From Paraphysomonas bandaiensis (lineage: Eukaryota; Protista; Chrysophyceae): 64,000 nt of DNA. How positions within the stretch are numbered: position 1 is the stretch's first letter; every line of letters begins with the position of its first letter. Location: the NCBI GenBank assembly GCA_965644295.1, contig CBFFRP010000017.1:124001-188000 (forward strand). The letters run 5' to 3'. Below the pieces are notes generated by a model that was not told where the DNA came from, ran no database searches, and saw nothing but the letters and a program-made list of their open reading frames with translations. The position numbers and the translations under genes were made by a program. This document shows positions 49,656-61,168 of this stretch, one piece after another.

Positions 49656-50816
49656 TTAAACAAGAGTAGTTTGCGTATTGCAGTTCTCACCAGTGTATCC
49701 CTCAAAGCACTGGCAGAGACCAGTGGTGTAGTCGCACTTTCCACGCCTTCCGCACTCATAGCTGTTGAGATGGGACTGTTGGTTCTCATAAACACGAGAC
49801 TGAAGGGCCTCAACAGCAGTGGTCTCGAGCACAAGACCGGTGATCTTTGGTGTGCATCCTGCTGAGCACTCGAAGTCCTCAACCATCAGAAGATTCTGGG
49901 GTCCTTGTACGGCATCTCCAGTGAAGGTAATATCAACAGTCGTTTGGGGCCAGTCATATGCGACGGTCACAACACATGCATCGATAACCTGGTTGGGAAG
50001 ACTGAGAAGGGCAAGATGGATATCATCTCTTAAGTCGACAAGATTGGCGGCATTGCCATTTGCGACGTCGAATCTAATGGGATAAGTCGTAAAAGTCTCA
50101 TTGATTTTAGATTTAAAGGTGAGAGCAAAAGTCTGGGAGTCACGGTCTGTACCCGGCTGGCCCTGAAGTCTACGGGAGCTGACAGCTTCGTTGAGATCTT
50201 CGTCCTCCATGAAAATAATTCTCTGGATTTGATGATTGTCGTCACCCAAAAGGTTATTATCCTTGAGGTCAAGAACATCATTACCATGAGGGCACATTCT
50301 CTTAGAGCAATCAACGTCAGCGTACTGGGCGTCACAAACACATCCACGGGTCTTGGTCTTGTCCCAGTCGTAGTATTCAAGCTGTTTAGGGTAAGAACGG
50401 AAATCATAGCCGCTCATGTACTGGTTCCAAACAACACCAAAAGGAATATCTTCAATGTACTCGCAGGTACCATGCCCTGAACAGTCGTTAGGACAGGTTG
50501 TGCGCTGGCAAGCTTTGCCCTCATAGCCGTCAAAGCATTCGCACAAGCCGCTAGATCGGTCGCAAATCCCTTTTCCAGAGCACTCCGCAAATTTGTGAAA
50601 CTCACCCAGAGCGTTGGGAGTATCCACCCAAGCTATATCAAAAGGGCAGATACGATCTGAGCAATCACCAGACTCCATAGAGAGTCCAACACCCCAGTTA
50701 TCATAGCAACTGCAAACATCATCGGCAAGGCAAGTACCGTGTCCACTGCAAAGGTTATCGCATGCAGCATGCAGAGTGGAGGCAGAAGCCAAGAAAATAG
50801 CAATTGTCTTAATCAT
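49656..50816 (-). CDS. Tubular mastigoneme (flagellar hair) protein, Ocm1/Sig1/Mas family, 386 aa, intronless
   Basis: Signal peptide MIKTIAIFLASASTLHA; EGF-like CDNLCSGHGTC, ECSGKGICDR..G.CECFDGYEGKACQR, CPNDCSGHG; C-terminal ECGRRGKCDY..GLCQCFEGYTG..C..QTTLV. Confidence 0.88.
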   Translation of the reverse strand: MIKTIAIFLASASTLHAACDNLCSGHGTCLADDVCSCYDNWGVGLSMESGDCSDRICPFDIAWVDTPNALGEFHKFAECSGKGICDRSSGLCECFDGYEGKACQRTTCPNDCSGHGTCEYIEDIPFGVVWNQYMSGYDFRSYPKQLEYYDWDKTKTRGCVCDAQYADVDCSKRMCPHGNDVLDLKDNNLLGDDNHQIQRIIFMEDEDLNEAVSSRRLQGQPGTDRDSQTFALTFKSKINETFTTYPIRFDVANGNAANLVDLRDDIHLALLSLPNQVIDACVVTVAYDWPQTTVDITFTGDAVQGPQNLLMVEDFECSAGCTPKITGLVLETTAVEALQSRVYENQQSHLNSYECGRRGKCDYTTGLCQCFEGYTGENCNTQTTLV

Positions 50817-51207
50817 AGTGAGCTCGGGTGCTATGTTATAAATGGCTCTTTCAATAATGATGCAAATCCATGCACTGATTGCCTCACTTGTTTCCGTTTT
50901 GCAAAAAACCGTCAAAACAACTCTCATAAAATCTTGAATCGCCACTGTAGACGTATCTTTAACCGACACACTACAGTGCACGAGAGAGAAGGCGGCCAAT
51001 CACACAACGCCATCCGTATATATGTGTATTCCATCCGTATTAGTATGTATGTACTGTATGTATGTATGCATGTATGTACGTACGTATGTAGGTAGGTAGG
51101 TACCTATATGTGTGTGGACATGTAGCTGTAGCAGTCAGTGTATGGAGTTCATATTATGGCAGTGCATCAGTGTGATCAGTGTGAGGTCTGTCTGAAGGTA
51201 AATCAGT

Positions 51208-51516
51208 GACTCAGATTCTGACGACGACTACTTTGAACGCCTCTATGCGGCAGCCCCAGGAGACAATAATGACCAATCAGATGATGTGACTGATGGTGAT
51301 GTTGATGGGTGTGGTGTTGATGTGTGTGTTGTAGAGGGAGATTATTTCGATCGTCTGCAGTTAGAGGGACAGAAGGACTCCATGTATGTCCTCCCTGAAG
51401 ACAGCCCCATATGGTCTGCTCTGTCGAACAGCATACATAACAAGAGTCGTGTGAGAGTGATAGTGTCAGGAGAGGACATCAGCAGCAGCTGTGTGTCTCT
51501 TCAAGAGGACAAGTAA
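51208..51516 (+). CDS. Possible terminal exon of a small acidic protein divergent from the mastigoneme gene
   Basis: Open acidic frame with repeated DYFERL/DYFDRL; start exon not resolved. Confidence 0.35.
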   Translation, partial: DSDSDDDYFERLYAAAPGDNNDQSDDVTDGDVDGCGVDVCVVEGDYFDRLQLEGQKDSMYVLPEDSPIWSALSNSIHNKSRVRVIVSGEDISSSCVSLQEDK

Positions 51517-52060
51517 CCCTACGACACTGCATGTGTCTATATGTGTCTCTATATGGGTCGATGTGTGGAGTCAGCATCACCTTGATGGCGCGGGAACTTG
51601 TCTGATATATGTCTCTTATATTTCTGGGATACTTGTCCTGTATTGTAAGGGGTAGGCAAAGTCGTATTGTTATGGGTACTAGAGTTGTATAGTTTGTTTT
51701 CTTTGTTTTGTTTTAATAGTTCTATTATATTTACTAGTTTAGTTACGCGACACATATACGTATCGTTAACTAAAAGCGTATGTGTTGAAAAAAAGGTCTC
51801 TCTGCGCGAGGTGCATAAATGTGATATATGAAGTCGTAAGGGACTCGTAAGTAAGAAAGAGGTGGCGTCAAGTATACAACCGGCGTTGAATGTGGCATCT
51901 ACAGTGCCAGCGAAATTTAGTTATCGTAGGTTTAAATTGTGTTCTCTACTCAGTGAATAGAAATCCTTTCATCATATTTATTACTTATATAGAGTATTAT
52001 GCGGAACTAAGTCTCTATGAAACTGCGCAAGAGAACGACTGTGAATGGAATTTATTAGAT

Positions 52061-52062
<2 letters not shown>

Positions 52063-52092
<30 letters not shown>

Positions 52093-52134
52093 TGTATGTA
52101 TGTATGTATGTATGTATGTATGTATGTATGTATG
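52063..52134. repeat. (TATG)18 microsatellite
   Basis: Read directly. Confidence 0.98.
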
Positions 52135-52230
52135 AATTAATTCTTAAGTTTGAATGTTTATTTTAATACCCTCCAAGCTGTAATATAATGTATGGTATAT
52201 GGTATGCTCAAAGCTCAAATATCTTGGGAA

Positions 52231-53062
52231 ATACTATTCAACCAATTCAATTAAGTTGAAAACCTAGTCACACTATTTTGGTGGAATAACTAAGTCCAAA
52301 TAATAAATGACTCAACCTAATCAATTTTGGTATTCAACTTAGAAACTAGATTATACATTGATTATATATTTGGTTCTTATATCCATTGATTATACACTGT
52401 ATCTGTCTATAAGATACCATATATTAGTGGCTTACAGAGCCTCAAAACAAACATTCAAACATAATGATACACTCATTATGCATATCTACTTAAAACAGGT
52501 GTACGTCTATGACTATCCAGTCTATCTATACCTCATAAGTATATAGCGATAGGCCCCCTGTCCCCTGTAAGTGTTATGGGGAAGAGGGGTCATAGATGTG
52601 TGGATATAACTCACACTGTGATCTGCAGGACATCTTCTTGAGGTCTTCATATGCTGTGAGTGATAGCGGCTATCTTCCACTGAATGTCTTTAATGACTGC
52701 ATTGGCTTCCAGGAATAGTAAATACCCCTGTTTTTAGAACAACGAAGAAAAAGGAGGTTTTTAGGGCACAAAGTTGATATATTCGTAGAAACAGCATTAT
52801 TGAAGTAGACTGCAGCAAAACATCCGTATCATGAGGTGTGTGTCGTGCAGTGAATCCAGCCATTATTCATACAGTATCATACCATATAAACACCTTGTTA
52901 ACCTAGTTACCCTAGTCAACCTAGTCACTGTAAACTGAAAACTTGACTAGATTATCACCAATTTTGGTGTTACTAGGAAATTTCACCAAATTCAATAATA
53001 GATACCAAATATCTTAAATACCAATGTATAATATAAAAAAAATGAATTGGTTGAAATAGGAT
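52231..53062. mobile_element. Possible decayed TIR element
   Basis: ATACTATTCAACCAATTCA versus TGAATTGGTTGAAATAGGAT; internal AACCTAGTCA repeats; no TSD. Confidence 0.35.
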
Positions 53063-53667
53063 AACAAACAATAATTGCAATTACAATTTATTAAAGTGTC
53101 TATTGTTAATTGGAATATTTTTACAGTTTTAGTGAAGCACTTGCATGCCACAGTCACTAAGGTTGAAAGACTATGCAGTAGAGCTCATATTGGTATGGCT
53201 CATTAATGCAAGAGTTAATCTTACTTTTATGTATGAATTGTTGCCTCTGAGATGGATTGACAGTTGAGCAAGCTATGTTGACAGCTAATGAATAGCTCTA
53301 TGCGTGCAATTAGTTGGAATAACTGACAGTGGGACAACAAGTAATTTTCTAATTGACTACAACCTTCGCTGCCCTGAAAAAAGGATAAATATAAACTAGT
53401 TTTTACCCTCATCGATTAGGGTTAGCTGCAACACTTTGACAACGAAAAAATGTTAATATTGAAAAAACATACTTTACAACTCGTTAAATAACTATATAAA
53501 CAACGGAGAATAAAAAGGAAATAATATTATTATATATTTACTAATTCAACACAAATGATGTTCTGTGCGCTTCAACCAAGTGTGGTCTTATTCAATAATT
53601 TCGGACACGTTATTCCGAATACATAAAGCATTACAATACCATGCAATTCCGAATTATTGAACTTGAA

Positions 53668-56548
53668 CTATCGTTTCTTGCCAATTGGAGGTAAGGATGT
53701 TTTTGCCATTTCTGCATTGCGTATAGTCATATTATTTGTAGAGATATGTTGCGTGAGAAGAAAGTGTCTTTCCTTTAACTCTTTGATGCTCTGCTGCAGA
53801 TTCTCCATCGAATTCTTGCGCTTTTCGAAGTCAATGATGAGCATATCGCTAGTGGCAAAACCTCTGCGCCTTTTGAGTTCAACATTCTCGTCTCGTATGA
53901 TATCTCTCTCATGCTTTGACGCGGTCAGTTTGCTTCTCTCGACGACAATATCTCTATCGACGGTAAGAAGTTCCTCACGAGCTGTCAAATTGTGTGTATC
54001 AACATGCCTCAGCTTTTCACGAATATGCGTTAATATCTGGACAGTAACTGTTTTCTTCCGCTTTAATTTCGCCAATTCTTCATTGCGCTCCTCAATCTTT
54101 TCACTTAAGGTTTGGTTCTCGATTTTTAACTGTTCAAAATCAATCATGTGGAGTCCTTCTGCCAGCTGCTCTCGTGAGCGCAAAGTTTTCTCGAGTCTCC
54201 TCAGAGTAGTTTTCAAACTGATATTACGTAGTCGAACCTGCAGATTTTTTTATCAATTGAGAAAACAGTATCATCATGTTACCTTTTCAAGTTCACTATC
54301 TTTCTTGCGTTCTGTGGTTTCATAGTGTTTAATTAAGCGCCGAGAAATTCCTTTCGCGGTACGGCTATTTTCAGCCTTTAGTAAAATCTCCCTGTACATA
54401 TAGTGCTTAGAAAATAAATTCAAATAAAAACGATATACTTTAATGTATAACAAACGAGCAGTATATACCGTTAAGATACGCACCGTTTGAATTCATTGAG
54501 CGAATCGGAGATCTCCTCCGCTTTGAACTCTTTGTCATCAAGTCTCGTTTGTAAGTCCAGGGCAAGCTGGTCGTACTCGGTTTGCTGTCGAATCGATTTC
54601 ATCCTTCCTTCTGATATGGCTTGAAGAGTTTCTGTAAAATGGCTTTCTTTTTCGTTATTATTCTCGGCGCTATTGGTAGCAGGATCTGAGACATCTTGTG
54701 GTTCCCCTCCTCGAGACTGAGAGTCCCGCCCAATACGAGCAAGTATAGCGCTACATTTCTTCTGCCATTCACTATTAGCCGCCAGAGCCTTTTCCTTCTC
54801 CATCTCAAGCTCCTGAAGACGTCGAGAGAGAGTAGAAATCGCTTCCTCATCGATATTGAATCTATCTTCTTCCTCCTCATCGTCCTCATCTGAGGAGCTG
54901 AAACCTTCCTCTCCAGTCATTCTAGATACCTCATCATCGCATCCGACCCGCCCCTGCTCATCGTTCTCGGCATCTAACATTTCTGATGGCATTTTTTCAT
55001 CTTCTTCTCCTTCTTGTGCATCGGCTGCGTCTTTTACCTCCAGCTCAGCAACTCCTCCACTCATGACATACATATCAGCAGTCGAGTTACCCTTGTAGAC
55101 CAACACTATCCCCACTCGAAATCCATGTGCCTGATTCAGAGGGTTCGGAGCAACCCTTAATTCCGCCCCTCCGCCAAGATTGTCCGTTATGAACGATTGA
55201 AAAGCATCCTCGACTTGCTCTTGCGTCTCCACCTCACAGGAAACAGGGATAATGTGGGAATACTTAGGATTGGCACCATACTTCACAGCTAAATGTACCT
55301 CCACTTCCTGTTCATGCAAAAAATAAGATCAACAAATAAGGCATTCTGCTATTCTCTGCAAAAATAACATTATTAATACCTAGTACAAAATGCATAAATT
55401 AAATACACCTAACACATCATTCTAAGCACGTTGTGAATACCTGTCCCTCCGCGAGATTCGTCTCGTCTAGTGTGTAACCCTCCGGGGTCTCGATCTCACC
55501 GCCTTCGGTTTTCGTAACAAACACTAAATCTTCAATACCTTCGACATTCTCCTCGGCAGTGCTGCGATTGACACCCAATCCAAAACGCCACTCCCCCGCC
55601 CCAGGTGCCCGCTCAAATCCATTGGTCATGTCCACAATAGGGCAAACCTCAAACCCATCGTTATTGAGGGCGTGGGTTGAGTCCGGCTCCGGAGCAACCT
55701 TAAGTGTTGTAGCTATAAGATAAAGAGGTGTAGCTTCCTGTTCTCCTTCAGCCACTTGCTGTTCTCCTGTTGCGGTTGTGGAAAAGTCAAGAGCTCTGAT
55801 TAGAGTTGGAGATTCTAAATCAAATGCAGGATCAGGTTCATCATGAGATACCCGCTCTCGTTCGTCAACATAAACTGCAATACGCACAGTACCCTCTACA
55901 CACTCGGTGGGAAGAGAAATAGGAATGGCAACAGCATCCGATCCGTCCTCCACATCTGCAGCCTGGAGTATCATTTCCCATGGCATAACGGTGCATACCT
56001 CGCGATAATCCTCATCATGATCCGCAGCGAACTCCACTTTACATAAAGCTGGCGTATGAGAACGGTAAAGAGACGACCCTTGGAGAACCAAATTGCCGTT
56101 GATGAATGGTCCAACAGGATCTAGCTCAATGTACTTATTGACTATTTTAATAATGACTTCAACACCGTCTTCACGCTCATCAACTTGAACAGCTAAGTGA
56201 GTAGCAACACTGTAGGTATGTTAACACACATACACACTTCACACATAAGTACAAACCTCAGCATGAGACCATTCCTGTCTGTTTCATCGCCACTCTCTCC
56301 ACTCAGGATACCTTTCAGCGTGGTTGCAACGGCTTCTACTGTCGATGACTCAGCATCCACAGTGGCGACAACCTTAACATCAATATAAAAAGAATTGTTG
56401 ATTTCTTCGAGCTCAATGGACGTTAACTCGCGCTTATCGGCAGACAGTCGCGCCTGAAACCAAACGTAAATATAAATGACGAGTTGTTGTTAGCATTGAC
56501 CTCATTGATAACGGCCAGTACTTCATCGATATAACTGAGAGAGCTCAT
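53668..56548 (-). CDS. CCDC96: CCDC96/CFAP184 ciliary coiled-coil protein with long N-terminal extension, 6 exons, ~838 aa
   Basis: Exons 56548-56501, 56453-56257, 56209-55441, 55307-54484, 54391-54283, 54237-53668 in frame. GLHMIDFEQLKIENQTLSEKIEERNEEL and VQILTHIREKL (DUF4201). Confidence 0.85.
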
Positions 56549-56894
56549 ATGTGCTGTTAGCTATGCGTATATATATGCAGTGGGGCTGTAGATGGACAGC
56601 TGAACGATATGCAGAGACTGTGGTGCAGTTTATTGCCACAGTAGAGATGCAGGTGGAGCTGAGGTTAACGCAGGGCTTGTATATACCCACTCACTCACTC
56701 ATATGAATGATCGTGACTCGGAACTGATCGACTCCTCTGCTGGCTGTAGCTCTGTAGGCGACTGTGTCATGCGCGAGGTGTGTGTATGTATATGGGAGGA
56801 ACTGACCGTTTCAAGTTTACTAATATACCGTAGACTACACCTATACACTGCTGTATACACTGTATATATAAAATCTGTTCAGGTGTTTTCTATA

Positions 56895-59235
56895 GACTCA
56901 CAAAGTAGGAGGTTTTCAGTAACATTTCCGGATTTTCAGTAGCATTTGTTTCTGAAAAAGACAAAAAACCCCTTATAGATAGCATGAGCATGTTGCTGCG
57001 TGGAAACCTATCGGCATCCTTTGTATATTTTTGTTCAGAGATGCCTCAAATATTGAGTCAACAATTATCTGTATTCCATCTGTAGTTGTATTGCAGTAAT
57101 GTAGACAATTTCTGCTTCAATACATTTCCGAAAAATAAGATGCTGACTGCCGATATGAAGGAGAGCATGAGAATCGTTGCACTGACGGCCCCAGTGACGT
57201 TAGTAAGTATGTGATCTTACCGTTAAAGTTGTTAGTGTGTCACATGGCAGACATAAGCATCAATGTTGATGATGTGGAAGATGTTGATAATGTTGTTGAT
57301 GAGGCTGGTGACACTGAGGCCGCTCCCAGTGGAGATCAAGACCAGCCTGAGCCGGGTGGTCAAGCTCAGCTCTGCAGCACCATTGCTAAAACTCTTGAAG
57401 GAGAAGGACTTCGCCAAATTTCGTGATATTGTTGGTGCAGGCGATGACGGCATCGATGATTTGAAGAAGTTGTTGCTGTAGTTTGATGGCTACACTACTG
57501 AATGGGCCAAGAAGAAGGATCCCACTAATGTGCGCGATTCAGATGATCTAAAACGAATTATATTCGGGGAGAAGGTGAAAAATACTTATGCTAGTTTCAT
57601 GTCGGCAATAAACAATAGGTACGGTTTAGTGTTATATGTGTTTCTGTGATCTATTAAGTGCACTTTATAAGGTTTGAGCCACTATGGATTGAATCCCATA
57701 TTGTAGGACTATCCACCTAAATACAGGGCTGGGTAGTCCTACAATATGAGTCCTTCCGGTGTAGATGCATCTCAATACCTCCTATACATCAAGAAGCAAA
57801 TATCTGTGTATCGTGCGCATGAGATCGCATATAAGACTTCCACCTACAAGTTTGATCGAACTACTTTCCAGATTGGTGGCTTGCTTGTCTCTTCCTCGGA
57901 AGGCCAACTGGCCAACGATGCAGAGACTGCTTCATGTCTGGAAAAGCTGTCGATATGGGTGTTAATCGGCTGCAGGATATTAGATTCTAATTCGCCGACT
58001 CCTTCACACTGAAGTGACAATCAGACCCCTTCCAAAAGCGTGCGCGTCGACTTACACGTCCAGCACAGCTATAGTACCCCAATGCCTCTACACGTAGCAT
58101 TGCTTTGCCATTCACAAGGGCCGCTGTGATTCAAAACAAAAGAGTTTACAATAAGCTACTCGAGCAGCTTGAAACTCAAGGTGATGAGCTGCTTGCAGCA
58201 GTAACAGTGACTGATACAAATGAACAATTTTTTAGAATAGAACTTCTTATTAGAGACAAATGTTCTGGTGTGGGGTACACATACCCTCTACCATAATAAT
58301 CCAAAATTATTTCCTTATGTGGTTCTATTCTAGGCACACAGCATTTAATTCTAAATTTCCTGGATTCGGTATCTACTTTGAGTTGGTGGCAATTAGCTCT
58401 TACTTAATTCGTTGGGTCATTTTCTTACTATTATTTTACTTGCTATTGCAATATCAAGCTAAGCATTTACCATTAAGATTAACATCATCAGCAGCCCACC
58501 TTCTCTACCAGTCTCTAGCACGGTCGATATCCTTTCGTTGTTCATCAGTCAACCATTCAACCCCTTCGAATACAGCAATGACTTCTACTATGCTAGAAGT
58601 GTAGGTCTTCCTCAACTCTGGTATCGATAATTGCATAGTTGAAACATATCAATGATACTGCCACGATTGGCTTGTAAATTATAAGACTGTGATAATGGCG
58701 GAGTAACTTCCACATTCATTGCAGCCTCTACATCTCTACAGTCATGATTAAGGCTCTCCCAGTATTCAGCAGTTGAATCACCGCATTTGGTACGCAATCC
58801 ATCATATTCCAAGAGCATACTGTGTAGAATACAAGCAGTACGAAAGGCCCCAAACTGACTGATAGTAATTAGGACTTGGATGAATTCTTCATGTGCTCGT
58901 CGTATTGACAAACGATTTGATGTTATCGTTGACAAATCTGTCAACCACGTATTCCATCTCCTGCTGAGTTGGAACTCTTCCTCTGAGAGTACTATTGTCA
59001 ATGACAAAGTATTTCAACTATTTCAACAGACTTGCAGACGCTTAATTGATACCAAAGTACAGAGTTGCTGTTTTAAAAGGAAAGGTACGGCAGTATGAAA
59101 GTATGGTAAAGCAAACACTGAGGAATGTTACTGAATCTCTAAAAACCAGTTTCTTGGTGACATTTCCTGGTACAAAAAAGCTGTCAGTAACATGTTACTG
59201 AAAATGTTACTGAAACAGTGCTACTAAATCAGTGC
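56895..59235. mobile_element. Decayed PIF/Harbinger-like element: accessory gene remnant (+, ~57140-58300) convergent with nuclease remnant (-, ~58500-59050)
   Basis: Imperfect terminal inverted repeats AGTAG....TTTCAGTAACATTT; FRTACILHSMLLEYDGL resembles the DDE_Tnp_4 C-terminus. Confidence 0.6.
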
Positions 59236-59249
59236 AAAGGGCTGTGGAT

Positions 59250-59740
59250 TGACGAATGACGTGCTTGTATGGATCAATTCAGTCTGATAAATGAGGCAAT
59301 GCATGAAAAACTTAATGCAGCCGGATCCGTACTACTTTATTGGTGACGAAGCTTTCGTACTACACAGCACTTTCTAGTTCTACGGTCTCGAAGGAGATTT
59401 GATTAATGAAAAAATTCTTTCAATTACCACTTGTCATCATGACAGTGTATTCAGAGCCTTTTCTCATTTAACTCAGATGTGATAAGTGGATACTTATTTG
59501 CACTGTGGCAGCTAAACTTCATAACTACATCATAGACAAAATGCCAGGGGGTCGAGCATCGAGCAGAATGTGATATTCAAGAAGGGGACGCAAGCTTGGT
59601 TTACTGAAATGGGAACTTCAATGAAGGTGAGAAGCTATTGAATACTAACCGCCCAAATGGAGATCGCCGTAAACAACTAACACAATACCTACACGATGAA
59701 GGTGTTAGGAGACCTACTCTTTTCAAAAAGCTATTTACAT
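59250..59740 (+). pseudogene. Harbinger DDE nuclease remnant of a second element
   Basis: Frameshifted TND, PDPYYFIGDEAF, FNYHLSS, ICTVAAKLHNYIID. Confidence 0.8.
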
Positions 59741-59853
59741 AATTTGAATAATACAATGCAATTAATATCGCATATGCATATTAAATCTTATTACTAAGCC
59801 TTTTAACAATTATCACTCGAAATATACATATATATACATAGCAGTTGAATTAT

Positions 59854-61168
59854 TTAACGCTCAGAGTCAATGTCGTTGTTCAATGCTTTTCTTACACTTG
59901 GAGTACAAAGTCCCGACAGTTGAAGCAAGTAGTCATGGGCCCTTTGTTTAATGTTTTCATCTGTAGAATTCAATGCCATGAATTCCACAGCACGAATTCT
60001 CTCTGTGCGTGATAAAATGGATTCTAAAGCAAGACTCATCCCTTCTGAACTGTCACTCCCACCTGATCTCATTGCTGCTCTTCTTGCCCTCTGATTCTTT
60101 CGAGCAATTGCTCCTGGTGTAGGTGAAAGCTTACGCTTTCTTGGAACTTGGGGCTTCCCATCAGTTGGTAGCGCTCCGCTGTCCCTCTGCATATGTCTGG
60201 GAAGGGCTATACCGAGCTGGTCCATTTGGCTCCTATCCATTATGCAGTAGGCGTAATAGTAGACGTCCGAGTAGCTGGTGCAGAACTTGCACCACTCGTC
60301 GTAGAGATTTTCGGCTTCCTGGTTTCCACTTCGGCTGAAATTCTGGAATATCTACACGCCAGTTGTCAAATAGCGTATAGTTGTATGGTAAGTCATTCAT
60401 TATTTACCTTTGTTAAGTTGATTCGAATCTCTCGCATACTTTTTCTGATCCAACCTCCATCTCGTTTAGGTCGTCCAGGTGTGCTGGGATTGAGCTCAAA
60501 ACACTTCTTTGCTATGGATTCAAGTTGCGGGATAGGCCTATTGAACAATGGAGTGAAATAATATAGTCGCCACAGTATACAACATACTGATAAGGCACTT
60601 TGCGATTGCCGTGCTCATCATACACAATAGTCTGGTTCTGAAATACCAAACTCTCATCATTGAATTGAGCGGCCAGCTGCTGCCAGGGATCGGGCTGGGT
60701 GGCAACTTTTCGCCTATTCATTGGCTGATATGCTCGAATCCATAAAGCTTGTGCTGAAGGCAGCACATATAAGTGCATCAAACGGCACCTGTAAATGTTC
60801 ACAAGTAATTAGATATACTAACCCTAATCAGTTATATTTCACCTATCGTGATCGTTAGTGTCCTCGTCGCGGGCACTTGCTTCAGTAATAGATGCAGCTG
60901 ATTCAGACAAAGCACTAGACTCAACAGCCTTCTTCACACACTCAGGAAGTGAAATAAAGAAGGCCTGAGTCTTGTTCTGCTGCAAAGCAGTCATCTTATC
61001 CCACTCTGGGTACGATGAGTCGAACGCTCTCTGTTCCGGGCATTGCTCAGGCTGCAATTTCCGCAATTGCATCACAACGTAATTAGGGTGACACATGGGC
61101 CACCCTCTGGGCACCAGAGAGTCTCCTTGGCTTACATCAGCATCGCTGCTATGGTCAGAGCTGCTCAT
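59854..61168 (-). pseudogene. Harbinger second gene (Myb/SANT-like), 4 exons, one frameshift near 60292
   Basis: WQQLAAQFND, WIRKSMREIR, NFSRSGNQ; convergent with the nuclease; three GT-AG introns retained. Confidence 0.65.

Noticed and set aside
50817-50999. Upstream extension of the mastigoneme ORF
   Set aside because: The signal peptide begins at ATG 50816.
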